Assembly: GCF_006345805.1 (NCBI RefSeq)
Contig: NC_043003.1
Location: forward strand, 42,408,001-42,472,000
Source: Octopus sinensis
Taxonomy: Eukaryota
DNA length: 64,000 nt
Direction: 5' to 3'
Shown: in pieces, positions 25,852 through 40,130 of the stretch
Position numbering within the stretch: the first letter of the stretch is position 1
Layout: the number at the start of each line of letters is the position of its first letter
Notes under the pieces: generated by a model
Told to the model about the DNA's origin: nothing
Seen by the model: the letters and a program-made list of their open reading frames with translations, nothing else
Databases searched by the model: none
Made by a program: the position numbers and the translations under genes

Positions 25852-26482
25852 TGTAGTGTTTTAAAAAATACTATTTACTTCAGAGTCAGACAGAATGAAA
25901 GCAGAGTGGAACCGACCAGGTGGTTAACAAATAAGCATTTCACCATTTTTGAAGATTGTCAGTGACATTTTCTCAGTCAGTTACGATCGGAAGTCACCTT
26001 GGCGAATCGGAGGTATATGGAATCGGTAAATAAACCACCCACTATCTATGCAAAGGGGCAGCTGGTCTCAATGAAGTTTGAATTATGCAATAGATCTAGA
26101 TAAGAATATTTATATGACAGAAGAATGAATAAGAATGAATTTTCTGATAATTATTTTCCACTTTAATGGGTTGGGTGTTTACAAATCGTTAGATGTAAAC
26201 ATCTACTAATTGAAGCAGAAAATAATTATCAGAACTATCAATTTTATTTACTTTTACAAGAATAATCTTCGATACTGAAGATTTTTTTTAAATTTACACT
26301 CCTACCACACACGCACACACATATACGCACACACACACATGTATGTGTGTGTGTGTGCAAAAGCGCGCGTGTCAATGTTTTTCTCATTGTATCTCAATAA
26401 TTCACGACTGGTGTTGATTTCTATAAGTCCAACGAAGCTACACCTTCGAAACTAATGTGTGTGTGTGTGTGTGTGTGTGTGT

Positions 26483-26760
26483 GGAGGCGCAATGGCCCAG
26501 TGGTTAGGGCAGCAGACTCGCGGTAGTAGGATCGCAGTTTCGATTCCCAGCCCGGGCATTGTGAGTGTTTATTGAGCGAAAACACCTAAAGCTCCACGAG
26601 GCTGCAGCAGAGGGTGGTGGTGAACCCTGCTGTACTCTTTCGTCACAACTTTCGTCACTCTTTCTTCTTGTTTCTGTTGTACCTGTATTTCTAAGGGCCA
26701 GCCTTGTCATACTCTGTGACACGCTGAATCTCCCCGAGTCCTACGTTAAGGGTACACGAC
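26483..26760 (+). mobile_element. tRNA-derived SINE family C
   Basis: ggaggcgcaatggcccagtggttagggcagcagactcgcgg..gtttcgattcccag; related copies at 45432 and 58515. Confidence 0.8.
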
Positions 26761-26959
26761 TTCACCGGTGCCAAACTGTATCGGCCTTTGCCTTCCCCTT
26801 GGATAACATCAGTGGGTGGAGAGGGGAGGCCAGTATACATGGGCGACTGCTGGTCTTCCATAAACAACCTTGCCCAGACTTGTGCTTCGGAGGGTAATTT
26901 TCTAGGTGCAATCCCCAAGTCATTCATGATCGAAGGGAGTCACAATATATATATATATA

Positions 26960-27325
26960 TACTCTTACTCTTTTACTCTGTTAATTGTTTCAGTCATTTG
27001 ACTGCGGCCATGCTGGAGCACCGCCTTTAGTCGAGCAAATCGACCCCCAGGACTTATTCTTTGTAAGCCTAGTACTTATTCTATCGTCACCTTTTGCCGA
27101 ACCGCTAAGTTACGGGGACGTAAACACACCAGCATCAGTTGTCAAGTGATATGGGGGGGGGACAAACACAGGCATACAAACATATACACACACATGCAGT
27201 TAAATATATATATATACGACGGGCTTCTTTCAGTTTCAATCTACCAAATCCACTTGTAAGTGGTACTGAACTCGGAAGCATGTGGTTCGTAAGCAAGTTA
27301 TTTACCACACAGCCACTCCTACGCC
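26960..27325 (-). mobile_element. SINE family A
   Basis: ttcagtcatttgactgcggccatgctggagcaccgcctttag...accacacagccactcctacgcct. Confidence 0.85.
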
Positions 27326-27357
<32 letters not shown>

Positions 27358-27439
27358 AGAATAAAAAAAGGGAATATGAAAAATTAAAAAAATTAAAAGA
27401 AAAAAGGACTTCAATAGAATAATCCCTTCTACTACAATG

Positions 27440-27630
27440 CCTGTAATTTATAGGAAACGGTCTAGTCGATTATATCAACCGCAGTGTTTCACTGGTACTT
27501 AAGTTGTCGACTCCGAGGGGATGAAAGGCAAAGTTGACCTCGGCAGAATTTGAATTGAGAACGTAAAAAACGGATGAAATACCGCTAAGCATTTTGCTCA
27601 GCGAGGTAAGGATTCTGCCAGCCTACCGTC
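27440..27630 (-). mobile_element. SINE family B
   Basis: gatgaaaggcaaagttgacctcggcagaatttgaattgagaacg. Confidence 0.75.
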
Positions 27631-27842
27631 GTAAACTTCAATTAAATAATAGATTCGATTTCGTTCTTCATTACAGGTGCAGCCAAACGGCTGAAACGAG
27701 TATATGAGTAAAAGAATATGTTTGTAAACTTATGTGTGTGTGTGTAGAGAGAGAGAGATAGAGAGAAAGTCTTGCATATATATGTGTATATATGTACATG
27801 CGAGTAGATATGTATATATATATGTATGTATACACACACACA

Positions 27843-27892
<50 letters not shown>

Positions 27893-27959
27893 ATATGCAC
27901 ACACACATACACGCATGCACACATATGCACATGTTTATAAAATGTTCTTTCCACAGGAT

Positions 27960-30300
27960 CCTCGAGACCGTTTCAATATTTGAAGAACAAATTCATTTAT
28001 CTTGAAGGAAGGGGATATTTCCAATTTTCTATTTGCACAAATCTTCACTACATCACTATTATTTGAAGGAGTAATATTGAATATCAAAAAAGTTTCTTTT
28101 CTTCTTTCTTTTTTTTACTAGCACCAATGCTAATCCATTTGGTATACATTCTTTTGGGAATCTCTCCTGAATTCTCATTGGGTAATTTTATATCCCGAAT
28201 TCTATGGCGACCAATGATAATCCTCGGGGGATATTGTCTAGAAGCTACTCAAATCAAAATCAATCAGGACCATGTCGTTATCTACTTTTTCTGGAACGTG
28301 GTTTAGTCACGACTAATGAAACTGAATTTGAACAATGGCTTTAATATATTGTTTAATCTTTGGGTGCTTAATTTTCTTCTTGTAATAATTGAGTGTAATT
28401 TTAAATCTGACTTTATTGGGAATCTTTGCATGTGGTGAATGTCGGTTCTTTAAGATGCCATACGTTCCTTTAGATTTATGGCTTTTCGCTAGTCCATAAA
28501 ATTTACTTGTTTTTACCTGAAAATTCGTTAAATATTCTGTTAAATATTTTAAAAAGTTGTCCATTAATTTACCGACTTTTTTTCATTGTTTGTCTGCGTT
28601 AGTTTCTAAATTTTGTGGAAATATTAGTTATTTAGCTTTTCTAAAACCACTTTCTTGTGGTGGGGTTTGTCCCATTATTATAACAACTCATTTGTCGACT
28701 TCTTTAATGACTATAGAGGAATCTTTCTTCGGATATTTTAACATTTTTCCTTCTCCTTCGTAATGTCAGAGTTTGCTGATCTTTTGAGACGAGTTATGTA
28801 CTCCACTAAGTGTTTATTCCTTTACTGTGGAGGTTCCAATCCTCCTGTCTTTTTACAAATGATGGATCGATGGATCTTCGTAATCCTTCTTTTGCAAGAT
28901 CTCACTTAGACAAAGTTTTCAGCTAAGTTCCTTAGTATATTTTTTAAGTTATGTTATGTCGAGGTTTGGAGTTGCTATGAAGTTTTACGTGAGTTTTAGT
29001 TGTGATAAATGTATATCTTTTGGATCAGGTGTTTCTTTATTTCCTTAAAACTATACGCATTTTCCCTCATTTTTTTCTTTCTGCTCGACAGAGAAGGCTT
29101 TTGCATTTGTGAGTTATGTGTATCCTGTCGTTTTATTCTACTGTTTTGGAATGAAGGCTTCCAGTTATGTCCAGTGTTACTGATATGCCATCTTCCTCGG
29201 TTATGTTGCGTTGTTTTTAGTAGACTTAAACTGTTTTCTTCGGTTTGACATACTATTTTGACCTGTTCTCCTATTATTATACTTTGGAAGTGTTTCATGA
29301 ATGGTGGTTTGTTATCATTTCGGCACATGAGGGTTATTGGTTGCTCCCGATTGATTATATCATGATCTGTTTAGTAAATTATAACGGAAAGATTTACAAT
29401 TTGTTCAGTTCTTGCTAGGTTCTGTATCTTTACGATTTTTATGTCTATTTTTTTTTTTTTTTTGTATTTACTAATTCTCTTCGGTAATTGGTTTCACACT
29501 CCTGTGATTATAGATTTTTCTATTCTAGTGTTATATGTGATTTTGCATCTCCTTTCTAACTCTTTTTCCCTTAGATTTTATATTTTTACTTATCTTCCTA
29601 TTCTTTCAATCATTTTTTCTGTATTTTTCACATTTTTTCACATTTTTGATTTGTTTTGAATTTAATTATTCAAAGTCATAGTCGGACGATTTCTGCTTCG
29701 AATTTTTCAAGTGCGAGATGTATCTTATTTTAGTTTCTTCGTTTTTCACCTTACATCCTTGATTTGGAATTTCCTTGGAAAAAATACTTTTTCTTTGCAT
29801 TTCTATCTTTCCTATGTATCTGCCAAATTTTTGCTTCTAAGTTCTTTCCAGCACACCTGTTTTCTTTGATATATTAATCTATTCCATATTTTCTTCATCT
29901 GGTTCCTCTTAGTGTACGCTTCATTCTCCAAATGAACTTCATTCTCCAAATGAACTTCATTCCATTCCTTAAATATATCCTGTACTTCGGAATGTTCTGC
30001 TGTTGTTGTTGGTCTTACTGTAGTCGTATTCGGAGTTACTGTAGCGTTTGCAGTTTGTTTTAAACTCAATAAAATCTTCTACATTTTTCCTCTAAATAAA
30101 GATTTGTTCTTTTATTTCTTGGAATGCTGACTAGAGTCAGTCGTATTTGTTTGTAGTAATCATCAGTTTCTTCGATATTTTTGGAAAAAATTAGAAGCAG
30201 TCCCGCTACTGATTACATTCTTGTCTGTGCAATTCCAATCTTGTATTTTTGTTTAAATATTTAAAAAAAAGTTTTTAAATGGAGTTCTTCATACAATGTA
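27960..30300 (-). mobile_element. Heavily decayed second Penelope-like element (N-terminal region and RT N-half)
   Basis: EYLTNFQVKTSKFYGLAKSHKSK; DNIPRGLSLVAIEF..YP.RIQERFPKE; KKIWNRLIYQRKQVCWKELR. Many stops. Confidence 0.6.
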
Positions 30301-30775
30301 AATATTTGATGAAAAGGTTGCTTAAACTAAACCTATTAATAATCGAAAACAATTTTCAAACTACTGAATGACACAACTCATTTAGAAATGAACGATTGTA
30401 ATGTGTAAGCACTTTCGTTGTTTACGGCTTTTCAGATACACATGTTATTTGGTTATCTGTATCGAGGACATTGTTATGGGTAGTAGTTTTGATTATTTCT
30501 GGTTTCGTTTCAGACTTTGAATTCTTACAATGTATAATTCTTTTTTTTTTTTGGTTCTAATTAATCATTTTCTCCTTGCATTTTCAAAAGAAAAATTAAA
30601 TAAATAATCTAAGTTGACACAAATTTACTTGCATGGAACGTTTCTCAAAGATGAATGTGTAATTGTTACTCTAATGAGATATCTAATATGTGATCCTGTT
30701 TGACCGATGTAAATCTCATTGCACGGTGGGCATATGATTTAAAGAATGATATTTTTGGTCTTGCAATTAATATGT

Positions 30776-30808
<33 letters not shown>

Positions 30809-32074
30809 CACATATACATATACATATATTTATATTTATATTTCGGAATAGTATTTTTTTCTTTTGTCAAATATACACACGCACTATATATTCGATCTTC
30901 ACTCGTTTATTACTGTTCTTATTTGAACTGATGTCCATTGTCCGGAAATCTATCCTCACACATTTGTGACCTCTTCAGTGACACTTTCCGTCCTCGTGTA
31001 TGTTCCTGTTCCACTTAGTCTTTTTCGTTCCTTTATCTGATAAATATAAGTGAAATTGATGTCTTATATCTATGTACTTTTAAATACATGCACACACGCA
31101 CATCATTCACACAGACATATATAAGATATTTTATGTGTTTTTATTCATTTCAAATCTAAACAAAATATTTTCACGTGACTCGAGTTTCACACTACTCCGA
31201 TATTCACATTTTCTCCTGAAGATTGTAGTGTGGGGAAATTCGTTCTGGATTCAAAAGCAAAAACATATACTCTACGTCACAGTATCGAGTACTTTCTTGT
31301 TCATCTGATATAGACCATTGTTGATAGCTATATTTCTATCTATCTACACGTCTATATATATATAAATATACATACGCACATATATATTTGTGTGAGTGTA
31401 TACGTTTATATATATATATGTGTGTGTGTGTGTCTGTGTTCGTGTGTATGAATGTGTATATGTGTGTGTGCATATAAATATATATGTGGTATACACAGAG
31501 AAAGAGAGGAGGGACTGTAAGAAAATGAAGTTGATTACGTAATACCCGTTCATTTGTCATGTCTTTAATCCATACACACACACCGACACGTGCGCGCCGT
31601 CCACACATGCATGCACACACACACATACACACACACACACTCACACATGTAGATATAGACATCAAAGAAGACGAAGCTGCATGTAGCACAACTTTATTAC
31701 AAGCTACAATTGTTTCTATGTCTCCGATTTTAACGGCGTTGCTTCTAAATGACTCCATGTGAAGGTAACGCAAGATTTATTGTTGAATATATTGAAGTGA
31801 CTTTCCACGATGCGTTTATTACGTTGTGCAATTTATTGTATGTTACCTTTTGGTAAGATTTATATACGCTGCTTTTCCTTGTAATGTACCTAGAATTCTG
31901 CAGAACTGGATTTTCAATTTTTGTTTTCCAGGTTCCAGTTCAAGTCAGGAGTTTGGGTTTGTGCTGCAGTGGAAGTTTAACCCCATCAGAACCTATATAC
32001 TATTTTCCACCGCTATCTCTGATTTTTCCTCGTGCCTGTTACTATCACTGACCTATCACTATCTACTTCTCGCC

Positions 32075-32297
32075 AAGGCGGCGAGCTGGCAGAACCGTTA
32101 GCACGCCGGGCGTAATGCGTAGCCGTATTTCGTCTGCCGTTACGTTGTGAGTTCAAATTCCGCCGAGGTCGACTTTGCCTCTCATCCTTTCGGGGTCGAT
32201 AAATTAAGTAGCAGTTACGCACTGGGGTCTATGTAATTGACTTAATCCCTTTGTCTGTCCCCTCTATGTTTAGCCCCTTGTGGGCAATAAAGAAATA
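32075..32297 (+). mobile_element. SINE family B, near full-length copy
   Basis: aaggcggcgagctggcagaaccgttagcacgccgg...gtgggcaataaagaaata. Confidence 0.88.
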
Positions 32298-32557
32298 TAT
32301 CTACTTCTCACCTGATTTTTTTTCTACATGCCCACCATTCCTTCCTCCCCATCACTTTATTTCACCCACTCTATGTCGTCTTCTACCAACCATATTGTTT
32401 AAAACTTTGAATTTTACACGTCATACACTTCACTACTAACCTATGTCTAACCAAACGAACCAAAGTACTAACCCCTCAGCTTCCTAGAACTTACAGCCAA
32501 ATATTCCTAGACTCATACTGTAAAGTCGAAGTAAACATTGACTATGTTACACTAGAC

Positions 32558-32807
32558 GAGTGGTTCTCATTTGGGGTCCATATGACCTTTGGGGAGTGGG
32601 GTTCATATAAGATTTTGTTAAAATTCACCTGCAATAAATTGGCTATGATTCTACAATACACAAAATATTTTAGCAATTTCTTTATACAATTCCTGATAAT
32701 GTTCAATTATAAAAATATAAAATGTTTTTAAACCGCGAAGTTCCATCTAAATAAAATAGGAATCAAAGGGATCCATAGGAAAAAAAAAAGAAGGTTGAAA
32801 AATATTG
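32558..32807. mobile_element. hAT-type MITE remnant
   Basis: gagtggttctca..ggggtcc ... aaggttgaaaaatattg, MER5/MER58-like ends. Confidence 0.4.
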
Positions 32808-34389
32808 TTCAAGACATACTGTGTAAAAATAGAAAATGAAAAAGAATTGGGATGCTCTTTAGTAACAGGTCCATGGGTCTGCTGAAAAAAAGCAGTCTTG
32901 GGATTACACAACTGTATCGGTAAGAACTATTATATTTACCCCTTTCACAATATTTATCCATACTCATTGTAATTCCATACTCTCATCACTGATAACCATC
33001 CAAAACTATATATATAACCTTTATGATTCAACGAAGGTGCCAGTTCTGCATGCACTTTCAAACTGCAAAAAATATCCAAATTTCCTTCAAATATCGTTCA
33101 GGCCATACATAAATGTCTTATATGGGGTTGGGTAAGAAATCTGATGCTTTTTGTTTTAAATGTTGGCCCTGTGTACAGATAGGGACTATAAGACTATAGA
33201 GTTTTATATACCCCAAGAAAGAAAGATAAAGTAGTCGTAAATGGAATGATTTTGTTCGTAGGCTTGCCAGATCAGATTTAAATCTACCGACCTATGCAAC
33301 TGTCTATAAGGAAGGGCTTCTCATATGTTAAGTTGAAAAATTTCGTCTGTGATTTATTCCCTTACAATTATAAGAAGAGACACTCTTTAGTGTTTGTGTA
33401 TTTTTTCTGTATCAAGCAAGGAAAATAACTTCGTATAATCAGGTAATCTTTATGATTAGAAAATTAAGACAATGCAGTTAGGAGTGGATTTTGTCTCTGA
33501 GCCAACTGTTGAACGGAAAAGAAACGTTTTCATCATATTGGGTCTCCTTTGTGATTTTTATTTATCTCAAATGACAAAATGGGAAAGAGAGAAAACAGTG
33601 AAACAGAAATTGGTGTCAAATAGAGAAATTAGTGCTCCAAGATTACGTCACCTTCAGTTCAAAGTCTAAAATAATAATACTAATAATAATAATAATAAGG
33701 GACCATCTCCTCTGAAATAAATCTGAAAAACCAACTTCTCTGAAATAGTCGCATGTTTATGGCTAGACTTGTCATAAGTGAATACTAGATATAAGAGCTG
33801 ATTACGCGCTAGACAGGTTCACTAGTCTGCTCCATCGTGCTAGGTTGTGTATAATGTATCTATATGAGATTCCTGAGTAAAACTTTTAGTGGGAATATAG
33901 TATCCCAAGTCAACGATATTTATCCCAGGGAAAAGTTGTCGCTTTAGTGTCAGTACAGCAAGGCACCAGTATCACTTCAAGCATCAATGTCAGAACATGA
34001 AAAACCTGAAAAGCTGCTGAAAATATTTCACCCAATACTTGAACGGATGAAAAGCGATGTTCACATCAACAGGATTTTAATTCAGTTTACAGCAAGCTGG
34101 AATAAAAACTACGAAGCATTATATCTAACATTCTAAAGATTTTCTTTCCAGAAATTGTCTCGAATCAAACAAAACATATTTGTCAGTTTGTTAATGAAAA
34201 TTTCTTCATAGAATTCGAGAATGACATTCTTAAATTCTGCGAAAAACATACATTCATAGATAATTGCATGCATGTACCTTTATCCATTAGCGAGGTTTGT
34301 TTTTACTTATAGTTTGAATAATTAACTTAAGCCATTCAGGTTTTTCATACAGGGACGAAGATTGTTTAATATATTCTACAATTTTGGGG

Positions 34390-34790
34390 CTGGCAAAATC
34401 TTTAGCACGCTGGACAAAATGCTATGCGGCATTTCGTCCGTCTTTACATTCTGAGTCCAAATTCCACCGAATCAACTTTGCTTTTCATCCTTCCGGGGTC
34501 GATAAAATAGTCCCCTTCCCGGCAATTGGAGGCCTTGCACCAATATTTGAAATTAATATATTCTACAAGGTGGTGAGTTGGCAGAGTTGTTTGCACGGCC
34601 GGCAAAATACTTAGCTGCATTTCACCCGCTTTATGCTCTGTGTTTAAATTCCGCTGAGGTTGACGTTGCCTTTCATAATTTTGGAGTCGATAAAATAAGT
34701 ACCGGTTGAACATTGGGGTCTAAACAATCGACTTATCCCCCTCTCCCGGAATTGCTGGCTTTGTGCCAATGTTTGAAACCTATATATTGT
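34390..34790 (+). mobile_element. Two degenerate SINE family B copies
   Basis: ctttgcttttcatccttccggggtcgataaaata and gttgcctttcataattttggagtcgataaaataagtacc. Confidence 0.7.
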
Positions 34791-35019
34791 ATGAAACCTA
34801 TACAAGCCTCTACTGTAAGTAAAGCAAATGAAGGATGCACGATTTTTCTAAGTCCTTGCATCTTAATATCTACTGATGTTGATATTATTCATTGCACTCT
34901 AATGACTAAGTATTATTTAGTAGAAAAATCGCAATTTACCTTTGTAAAACCAAATCAAACAATTAAGGAAAAACACGGTCAAACATATATACATTCATAT
35001 ACTTTTCTACTCTAGGAAC

Positions 35020-35190
35020 AAGGGCCAAAATTTTGGGGGAGGGGGGCAGTCCATTAGACCGAACCCAGTATGCAACTGATACTTAATTTTTCGATCCCGA
35101 AATGATGAAAGGCAAAATCGACCACGGCGGAATTTAAACTCAGAACGTAAAGACAGACGTGCTAACAATTCAGCCAGCTCGCCGCCTTAT
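35020..35190 (-). mobile_element. SINE family B
   Basis: gatgaaaggcaaaatcgaccacggcggaatttaaactcagaacg...cagctcgccgcctt. Confidence 0.75.
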
Positions 35191-37815
35191 ATATACGTAT
35201 ATAGGCAGACAAGAATACATAAATGCTTTCTCAAAGACACACACCAAATCCAATCAATTGGTTGTACTGTGAAGATTTTACAAAGTATGCCAAAGATTTG
35301 ATAATAATATGTAGAAGACACTGAAAGACATTGTAGATAAACAAAGAAATGGAAAGGGACTGTGAAAACTATGCAAATCAAAAGCTTGAGTATATTTCCT
35401 CTTTCTCACAATATTTTTGAAAATGAACTCAACGCACATTAATAAAAGTCTATAAATATATCATGTTTACATTTGTTATTACATTTTCATGATCAACATC
35501 ACGTCAGATTTTTCAGAAAGTGCACCAGTCCTTGCACTAACGCGTTTAATTTTTTTTACTGCAAATTACTTACCTTATATTACTTGCGTATGAGAGACCC
35601 TTCTGTTTGGTAGTATACTATATCTTCGTTAAAAAACATCAACTGATTTTTCCTGATCCCAGATTTTTTTTTCTATGGTACATTATTGGAAATATAAATG
35701 TTGTTTAGTTTATTTACTGACAATTTCAACAGATTTTATTGAAAATGTATTAAATGCATTAATGTGGCGTAAAATACTGTCTTTCTAAATAACTCTTACC
35801 TCATAAATTCGTCTAACTCACCTGGGATCAAGAACTGACTTTTTAAGAGTGTTGTAAAAGGAACGACATCTATATTTCATGGACAAGTATTGTTTGATCA
35901 ATGTAATTTGACGGAGATATATGTGCCGTGTAGGAATTCCGATTTACAAATTACTTTTTAACTTCAAATAATCCGGTGCACATGAGTCATTAAATTCAGC
36001 TCTAATATTATGAATAAAGAAAAATGTTAAAATACATTATAAAAGTTATTCCTGCTTATTTCAGTGACTTCATTCATGTTTTAAATGACAACGCAGAAGA
36101 TTCAGTAAGTAGAAATATTTCCAAAGAAGGGGAGACAAATAAAAGATCGCCAAATGTTAAGATTGGCGCCAAACCAATGTATTGAATATCACTTTTTTTC
36201 TTAAATTATGTTTTGTAAATATTAATTGAAATGCCTTTTAGAATTTACCGCTTCATTGAAAAATAAAACGTATCCCAATCACAAGCGGGATCGTTTAAAC
36301 GCGGCTGACAGCTATTCATTTTAGCATGACTAACAAGAACAAATATATAAACAAAGTCTAAATCTACGTATGTGTGGTTGGAATATGAGTATATGTTGTC
36401 GGAATAAGAAATGATTTTTTCCTTTGGAAGAACGGCGAATTACCCCCCGTTCCAACAGATACTAACATCTAAAATATAGACATTACTGCTCTTTCAGAGA
36501 CAAAATAACTTGCGGTAATTTAGAAAAATGAAATAGTTTGCGATTATAATTTCTGCTGGCGTGGCAAACAAGCATATGGAAAATGAGAGAACAATTGGTT
36601 TCGCGATAAGGAAAAATCTAATTGTTAAACTGAATGAATAGAAATCTGATCCCAGCGACTGTATTATTAAATTCCAGTTTGCAGTTTTTGAAGATTTCGT
36701 GTTGCTTATATATCAACGTTAACTTCCCGAAATAAGTTTCATTGCAACTACAATCGGCAATATACCGATTGTTTTGTAAATTTAATGCTAGGGTACGTTG
36801 TGATAGCAATGCATGTTTTATCTTAGGACTCTATGGTATTAGTAAAAGGAATGATATTGGCAGTTATCTCCTGCAGCTGTTTTGAACTTGGTTTTGTATT
36901 TGCTAGCATAGTGTTCCATTAGAGACTTCAAAATACATTCGTTTGGTTGAATCGTTCTTCCAAGTAAGGCAATCTTATTGACTAATATGTAAAACTAGCA
37001 TGTGTGACCGAAGTGGAAGGCCATACGTTAAAGGGATCATTAAACGATTCACTATCCTATGGGAGAGCAAGCGGAAACTGCTGGCACAAACAGGAGAAAT
37101 ACTCGGCGTTGACCGAACGAATGCAGTTTGTAGCCAAATTGCTGAATAAGAATCATCGTAACTGTGAATAAATCTCTAATTTTAACACAATGTGTATGTT
37201 ATTTGTAAAATAACATACACAAAAATGATGTTATTTGTAAAGTAAAAATATTATTTTACCTAAAATGTTGCTCGCAGTGTAAACGGAAATAGAATAATAC
37301 CATTTCAGCAGCATCATACAATGACATTCTACGTATATTTCTAATTTTTGATATAATCAGAAATTTTATTTTAGATTTCCATGTTTCGAATATGGTGCAT
37401 GACAGAAAAAGGACAAAATATCAGTATTTTTTTCAAGATTTTCTCCTCTTCAAGTAATTCTAACTCCAAACCTTGTACCACAATCCTAAACCGTAGCACT
37501 AACGATAAACTTCAATGGAAATTTTTTGAAATAACAGCACAAATATATTGGTTAGAAGCTTAAACCTCAAAGAAAAATAAATTAAGAGAAAAAAGAAAAA
37601 AGAACCTACATATATGTTTCATTCCTATCATGTAGTTGATGGGAATTTCAAAGCATTTTGCTAAATACTAAGAAAGTTGGCATATTCCAACTATATGGTG
37701 GTAGGACATCATCAGGTTTCGTATAGAGCTCATGCAATTTAGGTATATATATATATATATATATACTTACGTATAGGGTGAAAAAGTGGGTACGTAGCCG
37801 CCATTATATATGTAA

Positions 37816-38071
37816 AAGTAAAAAAATATACAAATTGGGACAAGAACGTGAAACACCTAGAAGACGACACAAGAAACACAGGACGGGACATTCGACGCCC
37901 TCAATCATCAGTCAAGAACCGGATTATCTTCGCAAGATTAATCAGCCGAAATTGCGAAGATGATCTGGTTCTTGACTGATGATTGAGAGCTTCGAATGTT
38001 CCGTCCCGTGTTTCTTGTGTCGTCTTCTAGGTGTTTCACGTTCTTGTCCCAGTTTGTATATTTTTTTACTT
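37816..38071. repeat. Fold-back inverted repeat, arms about 120 bp, 16-bp spacer
   Basis: 37816-37935 versus 37952-38071; family copy at 7366. Confidence 0.9.
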
Positions 38072-38082
38072 GTATATTTTTT

Positions 38083-38127
<45 letters not shown>

Positions 38128-39399
38128 GATAAAATGTATTGTAAAAACAAACGAATGGTAATAATCGTATAACGCATACTCAGTATAAAACTGTGCGGGA
38201 GACAGACACAGAAGGTCCCTAATTCTTCATCATTTATCAAGCAGGTGGTATTACTCAGTTTCGCACCATTAATGATAAGACTGAGAACTTACGATGTTGG
38301 TGGTGCCCGCGAAAGTTGCGGAGAATTTAGGGCCGAGAGCAACAGTACAGAGTGAATAAATGTAATTTAAGCTGATGGACAAAGATGAAATAAATAAGAA
38401 ACGAGCAAAATATAGCCTCAGGGCCAAAAAGACAAGAATGGTGGGTAACACTTAGACGGCATCCTAAATGATTACAAAATAGCAAATAGTAAACAGTGGT
38501 ACACAGAGAATTTAGGACCAGTCAGCTACGCAATAGGTGTGATAAAAGGAGAGAAAGAAAGAAAGGATGGCCACGTGTCATGTGTCAACATCAGGCGGAG
38601 GAGAAAGAAGGCGAGAGGGAGAGCGAGAGCGATAGGGAGAAAAGAAGGGAAGGGATGGGTGGGGAAATATAAAGGCTCGAAATAGAAGTAAGAGGACAAG
38701 AGAAACAAAAACAAAAAAGAGATAGAGAGAAGATTAAAAGCAGAGTCGCATGGATATATGAAACTTACTGTTAATAAAAGCCGTAGTCCGTTGCGTTCCG
38801 TTACTTAATAAATGAAAGAAATGTATTGAAAATAAAGAAACGACAGGTAAAAAACGTATAACGTATACTGAGGGTACCACGGAAGGGTGACAGACACAGA
38901 AAGTCCCTAATTATATTACTCAGCTTCGCACCATTATTGATAAATAAGACTGAGAACTTTCCAAATAAAATAAGGCATAAATAATGGTCATTTCATATTG
39001 TTCTTTATTGTAGGGAATTTGACTTACATCTGTTTCCAGTACTCATTATAGGTTCGTTATTGATACGTTTACTCAATCGGCCCATAGATAGGGTGAGAAA
39101 AAAATGAACGACCTAGAAAATAAATGCTACTTTCCTAAGAGTCACTTCCTAGTTATGACCAAGCAGAACACAGAAGGAATGGTACGGGCAGGAATAGGAG
39201 AGCAAAGAGAAGCTAGAAGTGTAAGTGGAAGGGTAATAAACAGGAAAGAGGAAGATTTGGTAAAGAAGGACAGGGAAAGAAAGGAAGAGCAAGGAATAGA
39301 AAGAGTAGAAGAGATACATAACTGTGTATGTATGTATGTATGTATGTATGTATGTATGTATGTACAGTAGTGATGCGCACTCTTAACCTTTCTCTCCCC

Positions 39400-40130
39400 A
39401 TCCCTTTCTCAGCCTTCATTCTTTTGGCTTTCCTTTTCTTCTACCTTACTGTCTCTCCCTCTCTCTTTCTCATTCTTCATTCTTTTCTCTACAACCATTC
39501 CCTTTTTTCTCTCCCTTTCTCTTAATCCTCCTCCTCCTCCTCCCTCCCGTCGTTGACCCGCGACGGGAACTCTGCTACTGTCTTTCTTCTCCTGGCTACC
39601 TTCAAGTAGAGACGGCACATCTGTTGCTCCCTCACCGTTCTCAAAATATAGCGTTTGTAAAAATTTTTATCTCGTTCGGCTTAACAGCCCTTCTTTTTTG
39701 TGTTACTGTTATTCTCCTTGTCCTGTCTTTTACTGTTTATATTTTGTACTGTCGTTACTGTCCTGTTTTTGTTACCATTTTTACCTCTCTGCAAAAAAAT
39801 CTCAAATTTTATTTAATTTGATTTTCGCGGGAAGGATTGTTTCATTAAAGTCATGTATCGCCTTGACCTTCGAAACGTAGAGTAGATGAAACAAAGGCGA
39901 CTGAAGAAGGGGAATTTTCCTTGTTTTGTATGTCCTGTACTCTATTTTTTCGTTGTTTAAGAAAAATGTCAATTTCCTCGGTTTTGTGTTTATGTTTTCT
40001 TTTCTCATTGTGTTCGACGTTTTTTTTTGGTGTCCTGTACCCATATATGCATGTATATATACATGTTGAGGTAGGTACGTACATATATGTATGTATATAT
40101 GCATATGTTTTATTTATTTCTTAATTTACT
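39400..40130 (-). mobile_element. Unclassified dispersed repeat (family of 24715-25330)
   Basis: Reverse-complement similarity by eye. Confidence 0.6.

Noticed and set aside
35570-35700. Perfect GTAAGT donor on the minus strand at ~35570
   Set aside because: All three upstream frames contain stops and no acceptor was found.
37965-38005. CTGATGA...CGAA motif in the 37.8-kb hairpin family
   Set aside because: Lacks GAAA and supporting helices.
39830-39915. GAAGG..CCTTC-GAAAC-GTA and a downstream CTGAAGA
   Set aside because: Core halves are in the wrong order and no stem I was found.
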